Assembly (NCBI GenBank): GCA_038147155.1
Contig: JAYQTA010000002.1
Coordinates: 329,744 to 393,743, forward strand
DNA length: 64,000 bases
Direction: 5' to 3'
Source of the DNA: Candidatus Australimonas brisbanensis
Lineage (GTDB): Bacteria; Chloroflexota; Dehalococcoidia; Lucifugimonadales; Australimonadaceae
Shown piece by piece: positions 46,478 to 57,306 of this stretch (within the stretch, counting starts at the first letter, position 1; the number at the start of each line of letters is the position of its first letter). Under the pieces are notes generated by a model. It worked only from the letters and a program-made list of their open reading frames with translations, ran no database searches and was not told where the DNA came from. Made by a program: the position numbers and the translations under genes.

Positions 46478-47595
46478 GCGTGAGCGTGGACATCCGTGCG
46501 CAGGTGGGCGGCTTCAGCCTGGAGGCCGCATTCGATGCGCCAGGGAGCGTGGCGTTGCTGGGCGCCTCTGGCGCGGGCAAGACACTCGCGCTGCGCGCGC
46601 TGGCGGGGCTGCTTCATCCACACGCCGGGCGCATCGCGCTGGACGGTCAGGTGCTGTTCGATGCGGCGGCGGGCGTGGACGTGCCCACCCGCGCCCGCCG
46701 CCTGGGGTACGTGTTCCAGGACTATGCGCTATTCCCCCACCTGAGCGTGGAGGCCAACATCGCCTACGGCCTGCGTGGGCGCTCACCGCAGGCGACGCGG
46801 GCCCGCGTCGGCGAGGTCGCGGGCCTGTTGGGCATCGGCGAACTGCTGGCCCGGCGCCCCGCGCAGCTGTCCGGCGGACAGCGCCAGCGCGTCGCGCTGG
46901 GCCGGGCACTGGCGCCGGAGCCGGACGCCCTGCTGCTGGACGAACCCTTCGCCGCGCTTGACGCCCCGGTGCGGGCGGAGCTGGTGGCCGGGTTCCGCAC
47001 CCTCCAGGAGCGCACGGGCGTGCCCACGGTGCTGGTGACCCACGACGCGGCGGAGGCCTACCTGCTGGCGCGCGATGTGGTGGTGTTGGACGCGGGCGAG
47101 GTGCTCCAGGCAGGGACGCGCGAGCAGGTGTTCGGCGCACCGGCATCCCCCGTCGTGGCCCGGCTGGTGGGGGTGAGCAACGTGCTTTCCGGCACGCTGA
47201 CCCGCGTGGATGGGACCGAGGCGCTGGTGGAGGCTGCGGGGCTCGGCGTGCGGGCGCCTGCCGCTGGCCTGGCGCCCGGGGCGCCGGTGACGGTTGGCCT
47301 GCGCCCCGGCGGGCTGGACGCCCGCCCGGCCGAAGGCGCGCAGGCCAACGCCACGCTGGCAGCTGACCTGCGCGCCGGGCTGCGCGGCGGGCCGGTGGCG
47401 CTGCGGCTCGATGCAGGCCCGGTGCTGACGGTGGACCTGGGCCCTGGCTCGCTGCCCTGGACGGGCCCCGCACTGCCTGCCCGTTGGCGGGTGCAGGCAC
47501 GGCCTGGCGCGGGGATGGTCTGGCCGGGGTCTCCCGCACCCTCGCACGGGCTAGATGCATCGAAGGGTGCATCCACGCCGTATCCTGAGCGATGA
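46474..47595 (+). CDS. modC: Molybdate ABC transporter ATPase
   Basis: GASGAGKT, FQDYALFPH, LSGGQ, LLLDEPF. Confidence 0.88.
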   Translation: MSVSVDIRAQVGGFSLEAAFDAPGSVALLGASGAGKTLALRALAGLLHPHAGRIALDGQVLFDAAAGVDVPTRARRLGYVFQDYALFPHLSVEANIAYGLRGRSPQATRARVGEVAGLLGIGELLARRPAQLSGGQRQRVALGRALAPEPDALLLDEPFAALDAPVRAELVAGFRTLQERTGVPTVLVTHDAAEAYLLARDVVVLDAGEVLQAGTREQVFGAPASPVVARLVGVSNVLSGTLTRVDGTEALVEAAGLGVRAPAAGLAPGAPVTVGLRPGGLDARPAEGAQANATLAADLRAGLRGGPVALRLDAGPVLTVDLGPGSLPWTGPALPARWRVQARPGAGMVWPGSPAPSHGLDASKGASTPYPER

Positions 47596-48491
47596 GCATG
47601 AACAACCCTCCCCACACGCCCAACCGTTGGGGACCGAGCCTCGTGCCGCTGGCCGCCCTGGCCGGAGCGCTGGCACTGGCCGTGGGAGGGGCGCTGGCCA
47701 CCGGGAGCGAGCTGTCGGGCATCACCTCCAAGGTGGAGGGGGCCTCAGCCTCCTCCGGCAACCTCCTGGGGGTGATCGGCGACCTGTTCCCCCTGGGCTT
47801 CGCCTTCAGCGCGGGGATGGTGAGCGCGGTGAACCCGTGCGGGTTCGCCATGCTCCCCGCCTACCTCGGCCTCTTCCTGGGCGAGTCCGACGCCAGCGCC
47901 GCCCAGGGCCGGCCGGAGCGCTTCCAGCGCGCCGTGGTGGTGGGCCTCGCCGTCACGGCGGGGTTCGTCCTCCTCTTCGCCAGCGTGGGCCTGCCCATCG
48001 GGCTGGGGGCGCGGGGCATCGTCACCGGTTTCCCCTGGGTGGGGCTCGCGGTGGGTCTGGCGCTGACGGCGGGCGGGGCCTACCTGCTGGGGGGCGGCAA
48101 GCTGTACAACAACCTGGGCGTGCGCCTCTCGGCGCGCGTGGGCGGCGGCACCGGAACGCGCGGTTACTTGCTGTTCGGCGTGGCCTATGGCCTCGCCTCG
48201 CTCTCCTGCACCCTGCCGGTGTTCCTGGCGGTGCTGGGTGGCACCTTCACCGCGGGCACCGCGCTGGACTCCCTCGCCGGTTTCGGGCTCTACGGAGCGG
48301 GCATGGGCAGCGTGATCCTGGTGCTCACCCTCTCCATGGCACTGTTCAAGGGGGCCGCCACCCGCGCCCTGCGCCGCATGCTGCCCGTGGTGGGCACCGT
48401 TAGCGCCGTGCTGCTCCTGGCCTCGGGGGCGTTCATCGTCTACTATTGGCTCACCATCGGCGGACTGCTGGAGAGCCTCGGCGCCGCCTAG
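47592..48491 (+). CDS. Cytochrome c biogenesis CcdA-like membrane protein
   Basis: NPCGFAMLPAY and SLSCTLPVF cysteine motifs; TM helices. Confidence 0.85.
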   Translation: MSMNNPPHTPNRWGPSLVPLAALAGALALAVGGALATGSELSGITSKVEGASASSGNLLGVIGDLFPLGFAFSAGMVSAVNPCGFAMLPAYLGLFLGESDASAAQGRPERFQRAVVVGLAVTAGFVLLFASVGLPIGLGARGIVTGFPWVGLAVGLALTAGGAYLLGGGKLYNNLGVRLSARVGGGTGTRGYLLFGVAYGLASLSCTLPVFLAVLGGTFTAGTALDSLAGFGLYGAGMGSVILVLTLSMALFKGAATRALRRMLPVVGTVSAVLLLASGAFIVYYWLTIGGLLESLGAA

Positions 48492-48519
48492 CACCAACGC
48501 CCTCAGGACACGCACCACC

Positions 48520-49152
48520 ATGAACCAGGACGAAGAGCGAGCGCGCCGCCGTCAGGGCTCGCTGCGCGCGCAGGCAGCCCGCACCAAGCGCACCGAGGCC
48601 AGCACGCGCCGCAACCAGCGCCGCACCCTGTTGGGCGTGGCGGGCATCCTGGTGGTGGCTGCAGTGGCGGTGGCTGCGGCCCTCTCGCTCTCCGGCGGCG
48701 GTGGGCCAGACCTGGGCTACGCGGTGGAGGAGCTGCCCGGGCGGCACGCGCCCCCGTACCAGTACATCACCGAACTGTCCATCGACGGGCAGGCGCGGCT
48801 CATCCCGCCCTCCTCCGGCAACCACACCGACCAGCGCGCCGCCTACGGCTTCCTGGGCGAGCCCATCGTTGCGGAGAACGCCGTCCACAACCTGGAGCAC
48901 GGCGCGGTGGTCATCTGGTACCAGCCGGGCGACCCTGCCCTGGCCGGACAGGTGAACCAGCTGGTGGGTCAGGTGGGCTCCGAATGCGTGCTGGCGGGCA
49001 GCTACCTGTACATGGACTTCCCCGTCGCCGCCACGGTGTGGGGGCGGGTGCTGCCGCTGGAGACCTTCGATGCCACCGCGCTGACGGCGTTCATAGACGC
49101 CTACCGGGGCAAGGTTGGCCCCGAGGCCGGGGTCTGCAACCAGGAGTCGTAG
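48520..49152 (+). CDS. DUF3105 domain protein
   Basis: PPSSGNH, VHNLEHGAVVIWY, GPE. Confidence 0.85.
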   Translation: MNQDEERARRRQGSLRAQAARTKRTEASTRRNQRRTLLGVAGILVVAAVAVAAALSLSGGGGPDLGYAVEELPGRHAPPYQYITELSIDGQARLIPPSSGNHTDQRAAYGFLGEPIVAENAVHNLEHGAVVIWYQPGDPALAGQVNQLVGQVGSECVLAGSYLYMDFPVAATVWGRVLPLETFDATALTAFIDAYRGKVGPEAGVCNQES

Positions 49153-49160
49153 GCTCGCCC

Positions 49161-49793
49161 CTATCCCGCCCGGAACAGACGCGAGAGCCAGCCGATGGCG
49201 TAGTAACTCGCCACCGCGATGGCGATGGTGTTGAGAATCTTGCCCGCGCACACCCAGCCCAGGAACCGCCAGATGGGGTAGCGCATGCTCCCCGCGATGA
49301 CCCCGGCCACGTCGAAGGGCAGCGGGGTCAGGGCGAAGATGAAGAGCGCCGGCCCCAGTCCGCGCCTGCGCAGTCGCAGCAGGCGGCGCACCAGGGGCGT
49401 GCGCGCCAACACCCGGTGGCCGGAGCGTCCCAGTGCGTAACCGGTCAGCTCTCCGAGCGCGGCCCCCACGCCGCCCACTGTCCCCAGCAGCAGCGGGTTC
49501 AGTGACTGCGCGGCCGCGGCCAGGAACGCGTGCCCCAGCGCTGGCAGGAACACCGTGGCGTTGTTGACCAGCATGATGAGGAAGGCGCCGGGGTAGCCCC
49601 AGTTGCCCAGGTGGCCCAAAGGCTCCCGGTAGACCACCAATCCCACGCTGATGCCCACGGTGAGCGCCAGCGCACCAGCCAGGGGCAGCAGCCCCACCCC
49701 GGTGGCGCGCTCCAGCGCTTCCGAGGTGCGCTCGATGACGCCCGGCTCCTCAGCCTGGCCCTGCTCCGCACCGTGGGCAGGTCGCTCACTCAC
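49161..49793 (-). CDS. VTT/DedA (SNARE-associated) membrane protein
   Basis: GYPGAFL, GAALGELTGY, PFDVAG, GKILN; start uncertain. Confidence 0.82.
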   Translation of the reverse strand: MSERPAHGAEQGQAEEPGVIERTSEALERATGVGLLPLAGALALTVGISVGLVVYREPLGHLGNWGYPGAFLIMLVNNATVFLPALGHAFLAAAAQSLNPLLLGTVGGVGAALGELTGYALGRSGHRVLARTPLVRRLLRLRRRGLGPALFIFALTPLPFDVAGVIAGSMRYPIWRFLGWVCAGKILNTIAIAVASYYAIGWLSRLFRAG

Positions 49794-49849
49794 CAGGAAC
49801 GCTCTCCCGCTGGTTGGGGGGATGATACCCCCGCCCACGCTCCGGCGCC

Positions 49850-52800
49850 CTACTCGTCAAACCGCAGGGCCTCCGCCGGATACAGGCGGGCAGCCTGGAG
49901 CGCGGGGAGCAGGGTCATCAGCATGGACGCCCCGTAGGCGATGCCGAACACCAGCAACACGGTGCCCCAGGGTACCCGGTACTCCACCGAGGCGAAGGAC
50001 TCCCCGATGGAGTTGATGATGCTGACGGACAGCCCGAAGGCCAGCGCCAGTCCCGTGAGGATGCCCAGTAGGGCCACCAGTGAGGACTCGATGAGGAACG
50101 AGCCCGCCAGCATCACCCGCTCGAACCCCACGGCCCGCAGCACGCCGATCTGGGTGCGCCGCTCCACCACCGAGCGCGATGCGATGACCCCCAGCGCCGC
50201 GATGCCCACCACCAGACCCAGGCCCATGAAGCCCTGGATCAGCCGGTTGAAGGTGATGTTCAGCTGGGACTGCTCGCGGATCTCAGCCGCCAGGTCCGTG
50301 GCGCGCAGGCCGTTGGCCACGAAGCCCTTCTCCAGCGCCTCCGCGAAGGCAGGCGCCTGCGCAGGGTCGTCCAGGATGAACTGGTAGCCCAGGTACGGCA
50401 ACTGTACCGGCGCGATGGCGGCGATGGTCTCGTGCGCCGTGACGACGGTGTTGGCGAATGCGGCCTGCTCATCCAGCACGCCGATGACCCGCAGGCGGGT
50501 GGACGCGCCCCCCGTGGGCTCGGTGATGGTCAGGTACACCTCGGGGAGCGAGGGATCGTCCCGGTAGAAGCCCTCCAGCCGGAAGTTCTCGCCACCCACC
50601 TGCACGTTGAAGTCGGAACGGGCAGGGACGATGAACGATGCGACCACCGCCGTGCCCGGCTCCTCACGCAGCGCGCGCCAGACGGCGGCATCGTCCTCGT
50701 AGCCGTCTGCCCGGAGCACGAAACCGTAGGTGATGGCATCCGCGTACCCCGCGTCCACACCGGTGACGAACCAGTCCCGGGGCTCGTTCTCGGTCTCATC
50801 CTGAACGATGCGCACGGGCAGCCCGGACACCTGCCCCATGGCCGTGATCTGCGCCGTGTCGATGCCGGGGGCCGCCGCCAACGCCGCGGCCATGTCCGGG
50901 ATGGGGTTGGTGAAGGAGACGTCCGCGGACACGTCGAAGCCGCCGGAGAAGGTGCGGGTGTCCTCGAAGGCCGACGAGAACGCCGCGATGATGAACCCCA
51001 CCACGGTGAGGGTGAACACCACCAGGGAGAACATGGCCAGGGTCATACCCGTGCGGAACCGGTTGGCCATGGGGTAGGCCACCGCGGTGCGCACCACCGG
51101 CGCCAGGCGCCGTCCCCGGCCCAGCAGCCAGGCCAGCGGCTCTACCAGGAAGTGCATGTTGTAGACGATGACCCACACCGCGCCCACCACCAGCATCACC
51201 CCGGACAGGACGAACATCTCGATGCCCGCCGACAATTCCGGCAGCCCGATGTCCTCTGGCTCCCACGGCAGGATCCACAGCGCCACCACCAACACGCCGG
51301 CGCAGGTGTAGGCGATGCGGTCGGGCAGGCGCAGGGCGTGGCGGGCCACCAGGGGCAGGCCCATGGCGACCAGCGAGAGGCCCAGGAGGAACACGCCCAG
51401 CTGCTCACCCGCCAGCCCCGCCTGCACCGCCAGAACGCCCAGCACCACCAGCAGGTAGCCCCCGCGCGCCAGACCGCCGGCCAGGCGCATCCACGCACCC
51501 ACCATCCCCAGCGTCAGCACCCGCAGGCCGCCGGGGCGCATGCGGGCCAGCTGGCCCAGCCCGCGACGGGCCGTGAGCCACGGCTCACGCCAGAGGGCAC
51601 GCAGGGGCGCTCCATGCGCTGCGGGCTCGGGCAGGTCGCGCACCGCGCGCACGATGTTCAGGACGCTGGCCCGCACCGACGAACCCACCACCGCCACGTA
51701 GGTGACGGCCATGCCCAGCGAGTAGGCGATGACGATGGACTGCCAGCGGAAGGCGAAGTGCACCTCCAGCCCCACCTGCCCCAGCGCCGAGGCCACCACG
51801 CCCACCATCACCGCGCCCACCACGACGCCCAGCAGGCTCCCCACCGCCGCCGCCATCAGGGAGTAGAGCGCCCCCTCGAAGGCGAAGAGGCGCACGATGT
51901 GGCCGCGCTGCGCGCCGATGGCGCGGGCGATGCCCAGTTCGCGCTTTCGCTCGGCGGCCAGCATCACGAAGATCAGGAAGATGAGCAGGATCCCGGCGAT
52001 CATGGAGAAGTTGCCGAAGAGGATGAAGATGGAGGTGAACGCTGCCCCGGCGCTGTCCGCCGTGGTGAGCGCGTCACGCTTGACCGGGTCCACCGTCAGG
52101 TCCAGCTCCTCCACCAGCGGCTCCAGCGCCGCCTCCACCGCGTCCGTCCCCTCGGCCCCGTCCACCAGGCCGCCATCGTTGGAGACGAAGATGCGGTTCA
52201 CCTTCCCCGGCGCACCGGCCCACGTCTGCACCTGCTCCAGGCGCGCCACCGCGGCCATGGACGCGATGCCGTTGCCCCGGGTGGCCAGCACGCCGCGCAC
52301 CGTGAGCATGGTGGGCTGCGCGGCCAGGAACACCGCCAGCGCATCGCCGGGGCCCGCGTTCAGCGACTCAGCCGCATCGGCCGACAGGTACACCTCGCCG
52401 GGGGCCAGGGCCGCCAGGTCCAGCACACGTCCATCGGCATCCTCCAGCGGCTCGAAGCCCTGGCTGAGGGAGGCCGGGTCCAGGCCCAGCACCTGCACCC
52501 GCGGCTCGTTGCGCTGACTGGTTGGGGCCACCACCGGCGCGCGCAGCACGTAGGCGCCCATCACCCCGTCCACCGGCGCATCGACCAGCGCGTCCTTCAC
52601 CCGGCCCACCACGCCCGCGTCCATACCGGCGGGCTGGCCGGTGGCATCGCGCGCGGAGGAGGTGATGGCCTCATCAACCAGCCCCCTGCCCTTGAGCAAC
52701 TGGATCCGGATGGAGTTGGCCAGGGTGTCTCCCGTGGAGATGGACGCGGAGAACAGCAGCGTCGCCAGCATCAGCCCAGCCACGATCAGGGCGGTCTGGG

Positions 52801-52948
52801 CCCGCCGGCGCGGGATGTTGCGCACGGCCATGCGGAAGAGCACAGGGCTGCGCAGGGCGAAGAACGCCGTGAGCGCAACACCCAGGCCGAACACCGCCAG
52901 CAGGGTGACCATGACGGAGTTGATGGGGATGCCGAAGAGGGAATTCAC
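49850..52948 (-). CDS. FtsX-like (type VII) ABC permease, duplicated domains
   Basis: ERKRELGIARAIG and ERRTQIGVLRAVG motifs; PAEALR C-terminus. Confidence 0.88.
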   Translation of the reverse strand: MNSLFGIPINSVMVTLLAVFGLGVALTAFFALRSPVLFRMAVRNIPRRRAQTALIVAGLMLATLLFSASISTGDTLANSIRIQLLKGRGLVDEAITSSARDATGQPAGMDAGVVGRVKDALVDAPVDGVMGAYVLRAPVVAPTSQRNEPRVQVLGLDPASLSQGFEPLEDADGRVLDLAALAPGEVYLSADAAESLNAGPGDALAVFLAAQPTMLTVRGVLATRGNGIASMAAVARLEQVQTWAGAPGKVNRIFVSNDGGLVDGAEGTDAVEAALEPLVEELDLTVDPVKRDALTTADSAGAAFTSIFILFGNFSMIAGILLIFLIFVMLAAERKRELGIARAIGAQRGHIVRLFAFEGALYSLMAAAVGSLLGVVVGAVMVGVVASALGQVGLEVHFAFRWQSIVIAYSLGMAVTYVAVVGSSVRASVLNIVRAVRDLPEPAAHGAPLRALWREPWLTARRGLGQLARMRPGGLRVLTLGMVGAWMRLAGGLARGGYLLVVLGVLAVQAGLAGEQLGVFLLGLSLVAMGLPLVARHALRLPDRIAYTCAGVLVVALWILPWEPEDIGLPELSAGIEMFVLSGVMLVVGAVWVIVYNMHFLVEPLAWLLGRGRRLAPVVRTAVAYPMANRFRTGMTLAMFSLVVFTLTVVGFIIAAFSSAFEDTRTFSGGFDVSADVSFTNPIPDMAAALAAAPGIDTAQITAMGQVSGLPVRIVQDETENEPRDWFVTGVDAGYADAITYGFVLRADGYEDDAAVWRALREEPGTAVVASFIVPARSDFNVQVGGENFRLEGFYRDDPSLPEVYLTITEPTGGASTRLRVIGVLDEQAAFANTVVTAHETIAAIAPVQLPYLGYQFILDDPAQAPAFAEALEKGFVANGLRATDLAAEIREQSQLNITFNRLIQGFMGLGLVVGIAALGVIASRSVVERRTQIGVLRAVGFERVMLAGSFLIESSLVALLGILTGLALAFGLSVSIINSIGESFASVEYRVPWGTVLLVFGIAYGASMLMTLLPALQAARLYPAEALRFDE

Positions 52949-52969
52949 AGGCTGCTCCGTTGGCGGTGT

Positions 52970-53680
52970 CTAGGCGAACCGGTCGCCCACGGGGGCCAGG
53001 CGCTCATCGGACTCGATGAGCCCATCGCGCATGCGCACGATGCGCTGGGCGCGCCCGCCCACCGTGGCATCGTGGGTCACCAGCACGAAGGTCTGTCGGT
53101 GCTCCTCGTTGAGCCGGCAGAGCAGGTCCATGATCTGCCCACCCGTCTCCGAGTCCAGCGCGCCGGTGGGCTCATCTGCCCAGACGATGGCCGGTTCGTT
53201 CACCAGCGCGCGGGCCACGGCCACCCGCTGCTGCTGCCCGCCCGACATCTCGTTGGGCCGCTTGCGCGCCTGGTCTGCGAGGCCCGTGAGCGCCAGCATC
53301 TCCCGGGCCCGTCCGCGCGCCACCGACTGGCGCACCCCCGCTAGGAGCAGGGGGAGTTCGACATTCTCCTCCGCCGAGAGCACCGGCAGCAGGTTGTAGG
53401 ACTGAAAGACGAAACCCATGTGCAGCGCCCGGTAGCGCGTGCGCTCACGGTCGGCCAGGTCGTGGATGGACACCCCATCGATCACCACGGACCCCGAGGA
53501 GATGTCGTCGATGCCGGAGAAGGTGTTGAGCAGCGTGGTCTTGCCGGAGCCGGAGGGGCCCATGACGGCGACCATCTCCCCCGCCTCGATGGCCAGGTCG
53601 ATGCCCTGGAGCGCGTGCACCTCCAGGCCGCCGCCCTCGTAGGTCTTGTACACGGTGCGGGCGTCGATGATGGGGGCCAC
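52970..53680 (-). CDS. ABC transporter ATPase (LolD/MacB-like)
   Basis: [26 protein letters not shown]. Confidence 0.92.
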   Translation of the reverse strand: MAPIIDARTVYKTYEGGGLEVHALQGIDLAIEAGEMVAVMGPSGSGKTTLLNTFSGIDDISSGSVVIDGVSIHDLADRERTRYRALHMGFVFQSYNLLPVLSAEENVELPLLLAGVRQSVARGRAREMLALTGLADQARKRPNEMSGGQQQRVAVARALVNEPAIVWADEPTGALDSETGGQIMDLLCRLNEEHRQTFVLVTHDATVGGRAQRIVRMRDGLIESDERLAPVGDRFA

Positions 53681-53727
53681 GGTGTCTCCTTGCTCCTCCG
53701 GCTCGCGCCGGGCACGGGTGGTTAGGA

Positions 53728-53757
53728 AGAGGGCGGAGCGTGATCGCCCCGCCCTCT
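53728..53757 (-). terminator. Hairpin after phoU
   Basis: AGAGGGCGG / CCGCCCTCT stem. Confidence 0.65.
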
Positions 53758-53788
53758 ATGATGCACGAACCAGCGCTGAGGTTCCCGG

Positions 53789-54472
53789 CTAGTACTTGCC
53801 CACGTTAAGTTCCGTCTTTTTGCCGGTGACCAAGTAGATCACCTGCTCGGCGATGTTGGTGGCCCGATCGCCGATGCGCTCGAGGTCATGGGAGGCCCAG
53901 AGCAGGAACGTCGCGCGTTCGATCTTCTGCGGGTCGCCCAGCATGATGAGCAAGAGCTCGCGGTAGACCTGGTCGTAGAGCTGGTCTATCTCATCGTCCG
54001 CGTTGCAGACGGCTGTCGCCAGCCCCACGTCGCGCTTGACCAGCGCGTCCAGACTCTGGCGCAGCATGGTCACGGACTTCTCCGCCATGCGGGGGATGTC
54101 CACCAGCGGCTTGATGGGGGGCTGGTCGCCCATCATCAGGCTGATCTTGCCGATGCCCTCTGCGTAGTCGCCGATGCGCTCGAGTTCCACGGAGATGTGC
54201 AGCGCGGTGATGAGAGTGCGCAGGTCCGAGGCCACCGGCTGCTGGATCGCGATCATGTCGATAACCCGCTCCTCCAGCGAGAAGCGCTTGCGGTCGATGG
54301 CGTCATCCTCGCGCACCACCCGGCGCGAGGCATCCAGGTCCCTATCACGCAGGGCGTCCACGGCGGTGACGATGGCCTTCTCCACCATGCTGCCCAGGGC
54401 GAGCAGGTCGTCCTGGAGCGCACGCAGGTCTCGGTCGAAGGCGGCGCGCGGGTTGTGGTTCGGCATCTTCAT
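53789..54472 (-). CDS. phoU: Phosphate signalling protein PhoU
   Basis: QQPVASDLR, ELERIGD, DLERIGDRATNIAE. Confidence 0.95.
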   Translation of the reverse strand: MKMPNHNPRAAFDRDLRALQDDLLALGSMVEKAIVTAVDALRDRDLDASRRVVREDDAIDRKRFSLEERVIDMIAIQQPVASDLRTLITALHISVELERIGDYAEGIGKISLMMGDQPPIKPLVDIPRMAEKSVTMLRQSLDALVKRDVGLATAVCNADDEIDQLYDQVYRELLLIMLGDPQKIERATFLLWASHDLERIGDRATNIAEQVIYLVTGKKTELNVGKY

Positions 54473-54511
54473 GGCACTTCTCCCCTTCCTGGGGCTCTCC
54501 CGTGGAACAGG

Positions 54512-55306
54512 TTATCCGAAACGTCCGGTGATGTAGGCCTCGGTGCGCGGGTCGCGGGGGTTGGTGAAGATCTCCTCGGTGGGGCCCTCCTCCACCAGCA
54601 TCCCCGCACGGTCCGCATCCATGTTGAGGAACGCCGTCCGGTGTGAGACGCGCGCGGCCTGCTGCATGTTGTGCGTGACCACCACGATGGTGTAGTCGGC
54701 GCACAGCTCCAGCATCAGCCCCTCGATGGCCAGGGTGGAGATGGGGTCCAGGGCCGAGGCGGGCTCGTCCATGAGTATCACCTCCGGCTCCACCGCCAGC
54801 GCCCGCGCGATGCACAGACGCTGCTGCTGGCCTCCCGAGAGGGCCATGCCGGAGGACCGGAGCCGATCCTTCACCTCGTCCCACAGTGCCGCGCCCCGCA
54901 GCGCCTTCTCCACCGCCTCGTCCATGCTGCCCTTGTACCCATTGATCTTGAGGCCAAAGGCAACGTTGTCGTAGACGGACTTGGGGAATGGGTTGGGCTT
55001 CTGGAACACCATGCCGATGCGCGAGCGCACCTCGGTGGGGTCCACCGCGGCATCGTAGATGTTGGCCCCATTGAAGGTGACCTCGCCGGTGATGCGCGCA
55101 CCGGCGACCAGGTCGTTCATGCGGTTGAAGCAGCGCAGCATGGTCGACTTGCCGCACCCGGACGGGCCGATGAGAGCGGTGATGCGGTTGCGCTGGATGT
55201 CGATGTCGATGTCCTTGAGCGCCCGGAACTCCCCGTAGTGCACCTGCAGGCCTCTGGCCCGCAGGGCAACCTCCATCTCGGTGGTGGGCTGGGTGTCGGT
55301 GGTCAT
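54512..55306 (-). CDS. pstB: Phosphate ABC ATPase
   Basis: [32 protein letters not shown]. Confidence 0.96.
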   Translation of the reverse strand: MTTDTQPTTEMEVALRARGLQVHYGEFRALKDIDIDIQRNRITALIGPSGCGKSTMLRCFNRMNDLVAGARITGEVTFNGANIYDAAVDPTEVRSRIGMVFQKPNPFPKSVYDNVAFGLKINGYKGSMDEAVEKALRGAALWDEVKDRLRSSGMALSGGQQQRLCIARALAVEPEVILMDEPASALDPISTLAIEGLMLELCADYTIVVVTHNMQQAARVSHRTAFLNMDADRAGMLVEEGPTEEIFTNPRDPRTEAYITGRFG

Positions 55307-56187
55307 TCCTCGGACCTCTTCTGGGTGCGGTTGCGGATGTAGATGGCCACGGCGTTCATGGAGAGCAGGAGCACCAGCAGCACCACGATGCCAGCTGCGG
55401 CGATGCCCTGGAACCCGGCCTGCGGGCGGCCCACCCAGTTGAAGATCTGGATGGGCATCACGGTGAACCGGTCAAGCGGCGTGGCGGGGATGAAGGTGAG
55501 GAACACCAGCGCCGAGATGGCGATCATGGGCGCCGCCTCACCGATGGCGCGGGACATGGCAAGGATGGTGCCGGTCATGATGCCGGGCACCGCCGAGGGC
55601 AGCACCACATCGCGCACCACCTGGAACTGGGTCGCGCCCAAGCCGTAGGCAGCCTCCCGGTGGGTCTGCGGCACGGCCCGTATCGCCTCGCGAGAAGCCA
55701 AAATCACGATGGGCAGCACCAGCAGCGACATGGTGAGCGCACCCGCCAGCACCGAGCGGCCCATGGCCAGGTACTGGACGAACAGCGCCAGTCCCAGCAG
55801 GCCGTAGACGATGGACGGCACCCCCGCCAGGTTGGCGATGTTCACCTCGATGAACCGGGTGATCCAGTGCTTGGGTGCGTACTCCTCCAGGTAGATGGCC
55901 GAGGCCACCCCCACCGGCACGGTGAAGAGCGCGGTGAGGCCGATGACCCACAGCGAGCCGAAGATGGCCGACTTCATGCCCGCCTGCTCCGGGAAGCGGG
56001 AGGGGTAGTCGGTCAGGAAGTGGAGGGAGAGCCACGGCACCCCCTCCCACAGCACCTGCGCCACCAGCACCAGCAGGCCCAGGATGCCGACGGCCACGGC
56101 CAGGAGGAACACGCCCAGGTAGATGACCCCCACCCGCTTGCGGACGGCCAGGCGCGGGTCGAACCGCTCGTGCCAATTCCCCGCCAT
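55303..56187 (-). CDS. pstA: Phosphate ABC permease
   Basis: [25 protein letters not shown]. Confidence 0.94.
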   Translation of the reverse strand: MAGNWHERFDPRLAVRKRVGVIYLGVFLLAVAVGILGLLVLVAQVLWEGVPWLSLHFLTDYPSRFPEQAGMKSAIFGSLWVIGLTALFTVPVGVASAIYLEEYAPKHWITRFIEVNIANLAGVPSIVYGLLGLALFVQYLAMGRSVLAGALTMSLLVLPIVILASREAIRAVPQTHREAAYGLGATQFQVVRDVVLPSAVPGIMTGTILAMSRAIGEAAPMIAISALVFLTFIPATPLDRFTVMPIQIFNWVGRPQAGFQGIAAAGIVVLLVLLLSMNAVAIYIRNRTQKRSEE

Positions 56188-57167
56188 CAGTACACCTCCC
56201 GGAAGCGGCGCACCACGAAGTGGCCCAGCACGTTCATCCCCAGGGTCATGGCGAAGAGCAGCAGGCCCACGGCGAAGATCGTCTGGAACTCCAGCGACCC
56301 GTGCGGGGCCTCACCCAGCGCCAGCTGGACGATGTAGGCCGTCATGGCCTGTACGCTTTCCAGCGGGTTGAGGGTCATCTTGGGTGTGGCCCCGGCGGCG
56401 ATGGTCACCAGCATCGTCTCGCCGATGGCGCGCGAGAACGCCAGGATCACCGAGGCGACGATGCCGGAGAAGGCGGCGGGCACCACCACCTTGGTGGCCG
56501 TTTCGATACGGGTGGCTCCCAGGGCGTAGGAGGCCTGGCGCAGCGAGCGCGGCACCGAGACCATGGCGTCCTCTGAGAGGGAGGAGACCATGGGCACGAT
56601 CATCAGCCCCATCACCACGCCGGCCGAGAGGGCGTTGAACACCAGCAGGTCGTACCCGAACAGGGTGCGCAGCAGCCACTGGAGGATGGGCGTCACGAAG
56701 GTGAGGGCGAAGTAGCCGTACACCACGGTGGGCACTCCCGCCAGCACCTCCAGCATCGGCTTGAGGATGCGCCGGGCCCGGTCGGGAGCGTACTCAGAGA
56801 GGAAGATGGCGATGGCCAGGCCCGTGGGCACCGCCACCAGCAGGGCGATGCCGGAGACCAGCAGCGTACCCGTCACCAGGGGCAGCACCCCGTAGGACTG
56901 GGGCTTGAGGATGGGGGTCCAGCGGGTGCCGGTGAGGAACTCCCAGGGGCTCACCTCACGGAAGAACCCTGCCGACTCGACCACCAGGGTCACGACGATC
57001 CCCAGCGTGGTGATCACGGAGACCAGCGCCGCCGCCAGGAAGAGAGCGTGGGCGATGCGTCCCTGCACGTCGGCGCGGCGCCTGTTGCGGTTGAATCGCA
57101 TGGGAGCGGCGGTCCTCGCCTCCCCTTCCCCTGGAACGGGGCCGGAGGGCCGGGGGCTAGTGTCCAT
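56187..57167 (-). CDS. pstC: Phosphate ABC permease
   Basis: [23 protein letters not shown]. Confidence 0.93.
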   Translation of the reverse strand: MDTSPRPSGPVPGEGEARTAAPMRFNRNRRRADVQGRIAHALFLAAALVSVITTLGIVVTLVVESAGFFREVSPWEFLTGTRWTPILKPQSYGVLPLVTGTLLVSGIALLVAVPTGLAIAIFLSEYAPDRARRILKPMLEVLAGVPTVVYGYFALTFVTPILQWLLRTLFGYDLLVFNALSAGVVMGLMIVPMVSSLSEDAMVSVPRSLRQASYALGATRIETATKVVVPAAFSGIVASVILAFSRAIGETMLVTIAAGATPKMTLNPLESVQAMTAYIVQLALGEAPHGSLEFQTIFAVGLLLFAMTLGMNVLGHFVVRRFREVY

Positions 57168-57204
57168 GAACCATGACCTTTCGTCCACCCTCACGGACGG
57201 GATG

Positions 57205-57230
57205 GCCCGGGCCCTGTGCGGGGCCCGGGC
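57205..57230. other. Intercistronic hairpin between pstS and pstC
   Basis: GCCCGGGCCC-TGTGCG-GGGCCCGGGC. Confidence 0.6.
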
Positions 57231-57306
57231 GTCGCGTGCCCGATGCGCGTGGTGGGCGCGGGAGGGATGCCCTTCGCACGCGCACGGGGGGCACTGTGCC
57301 AGCCGG

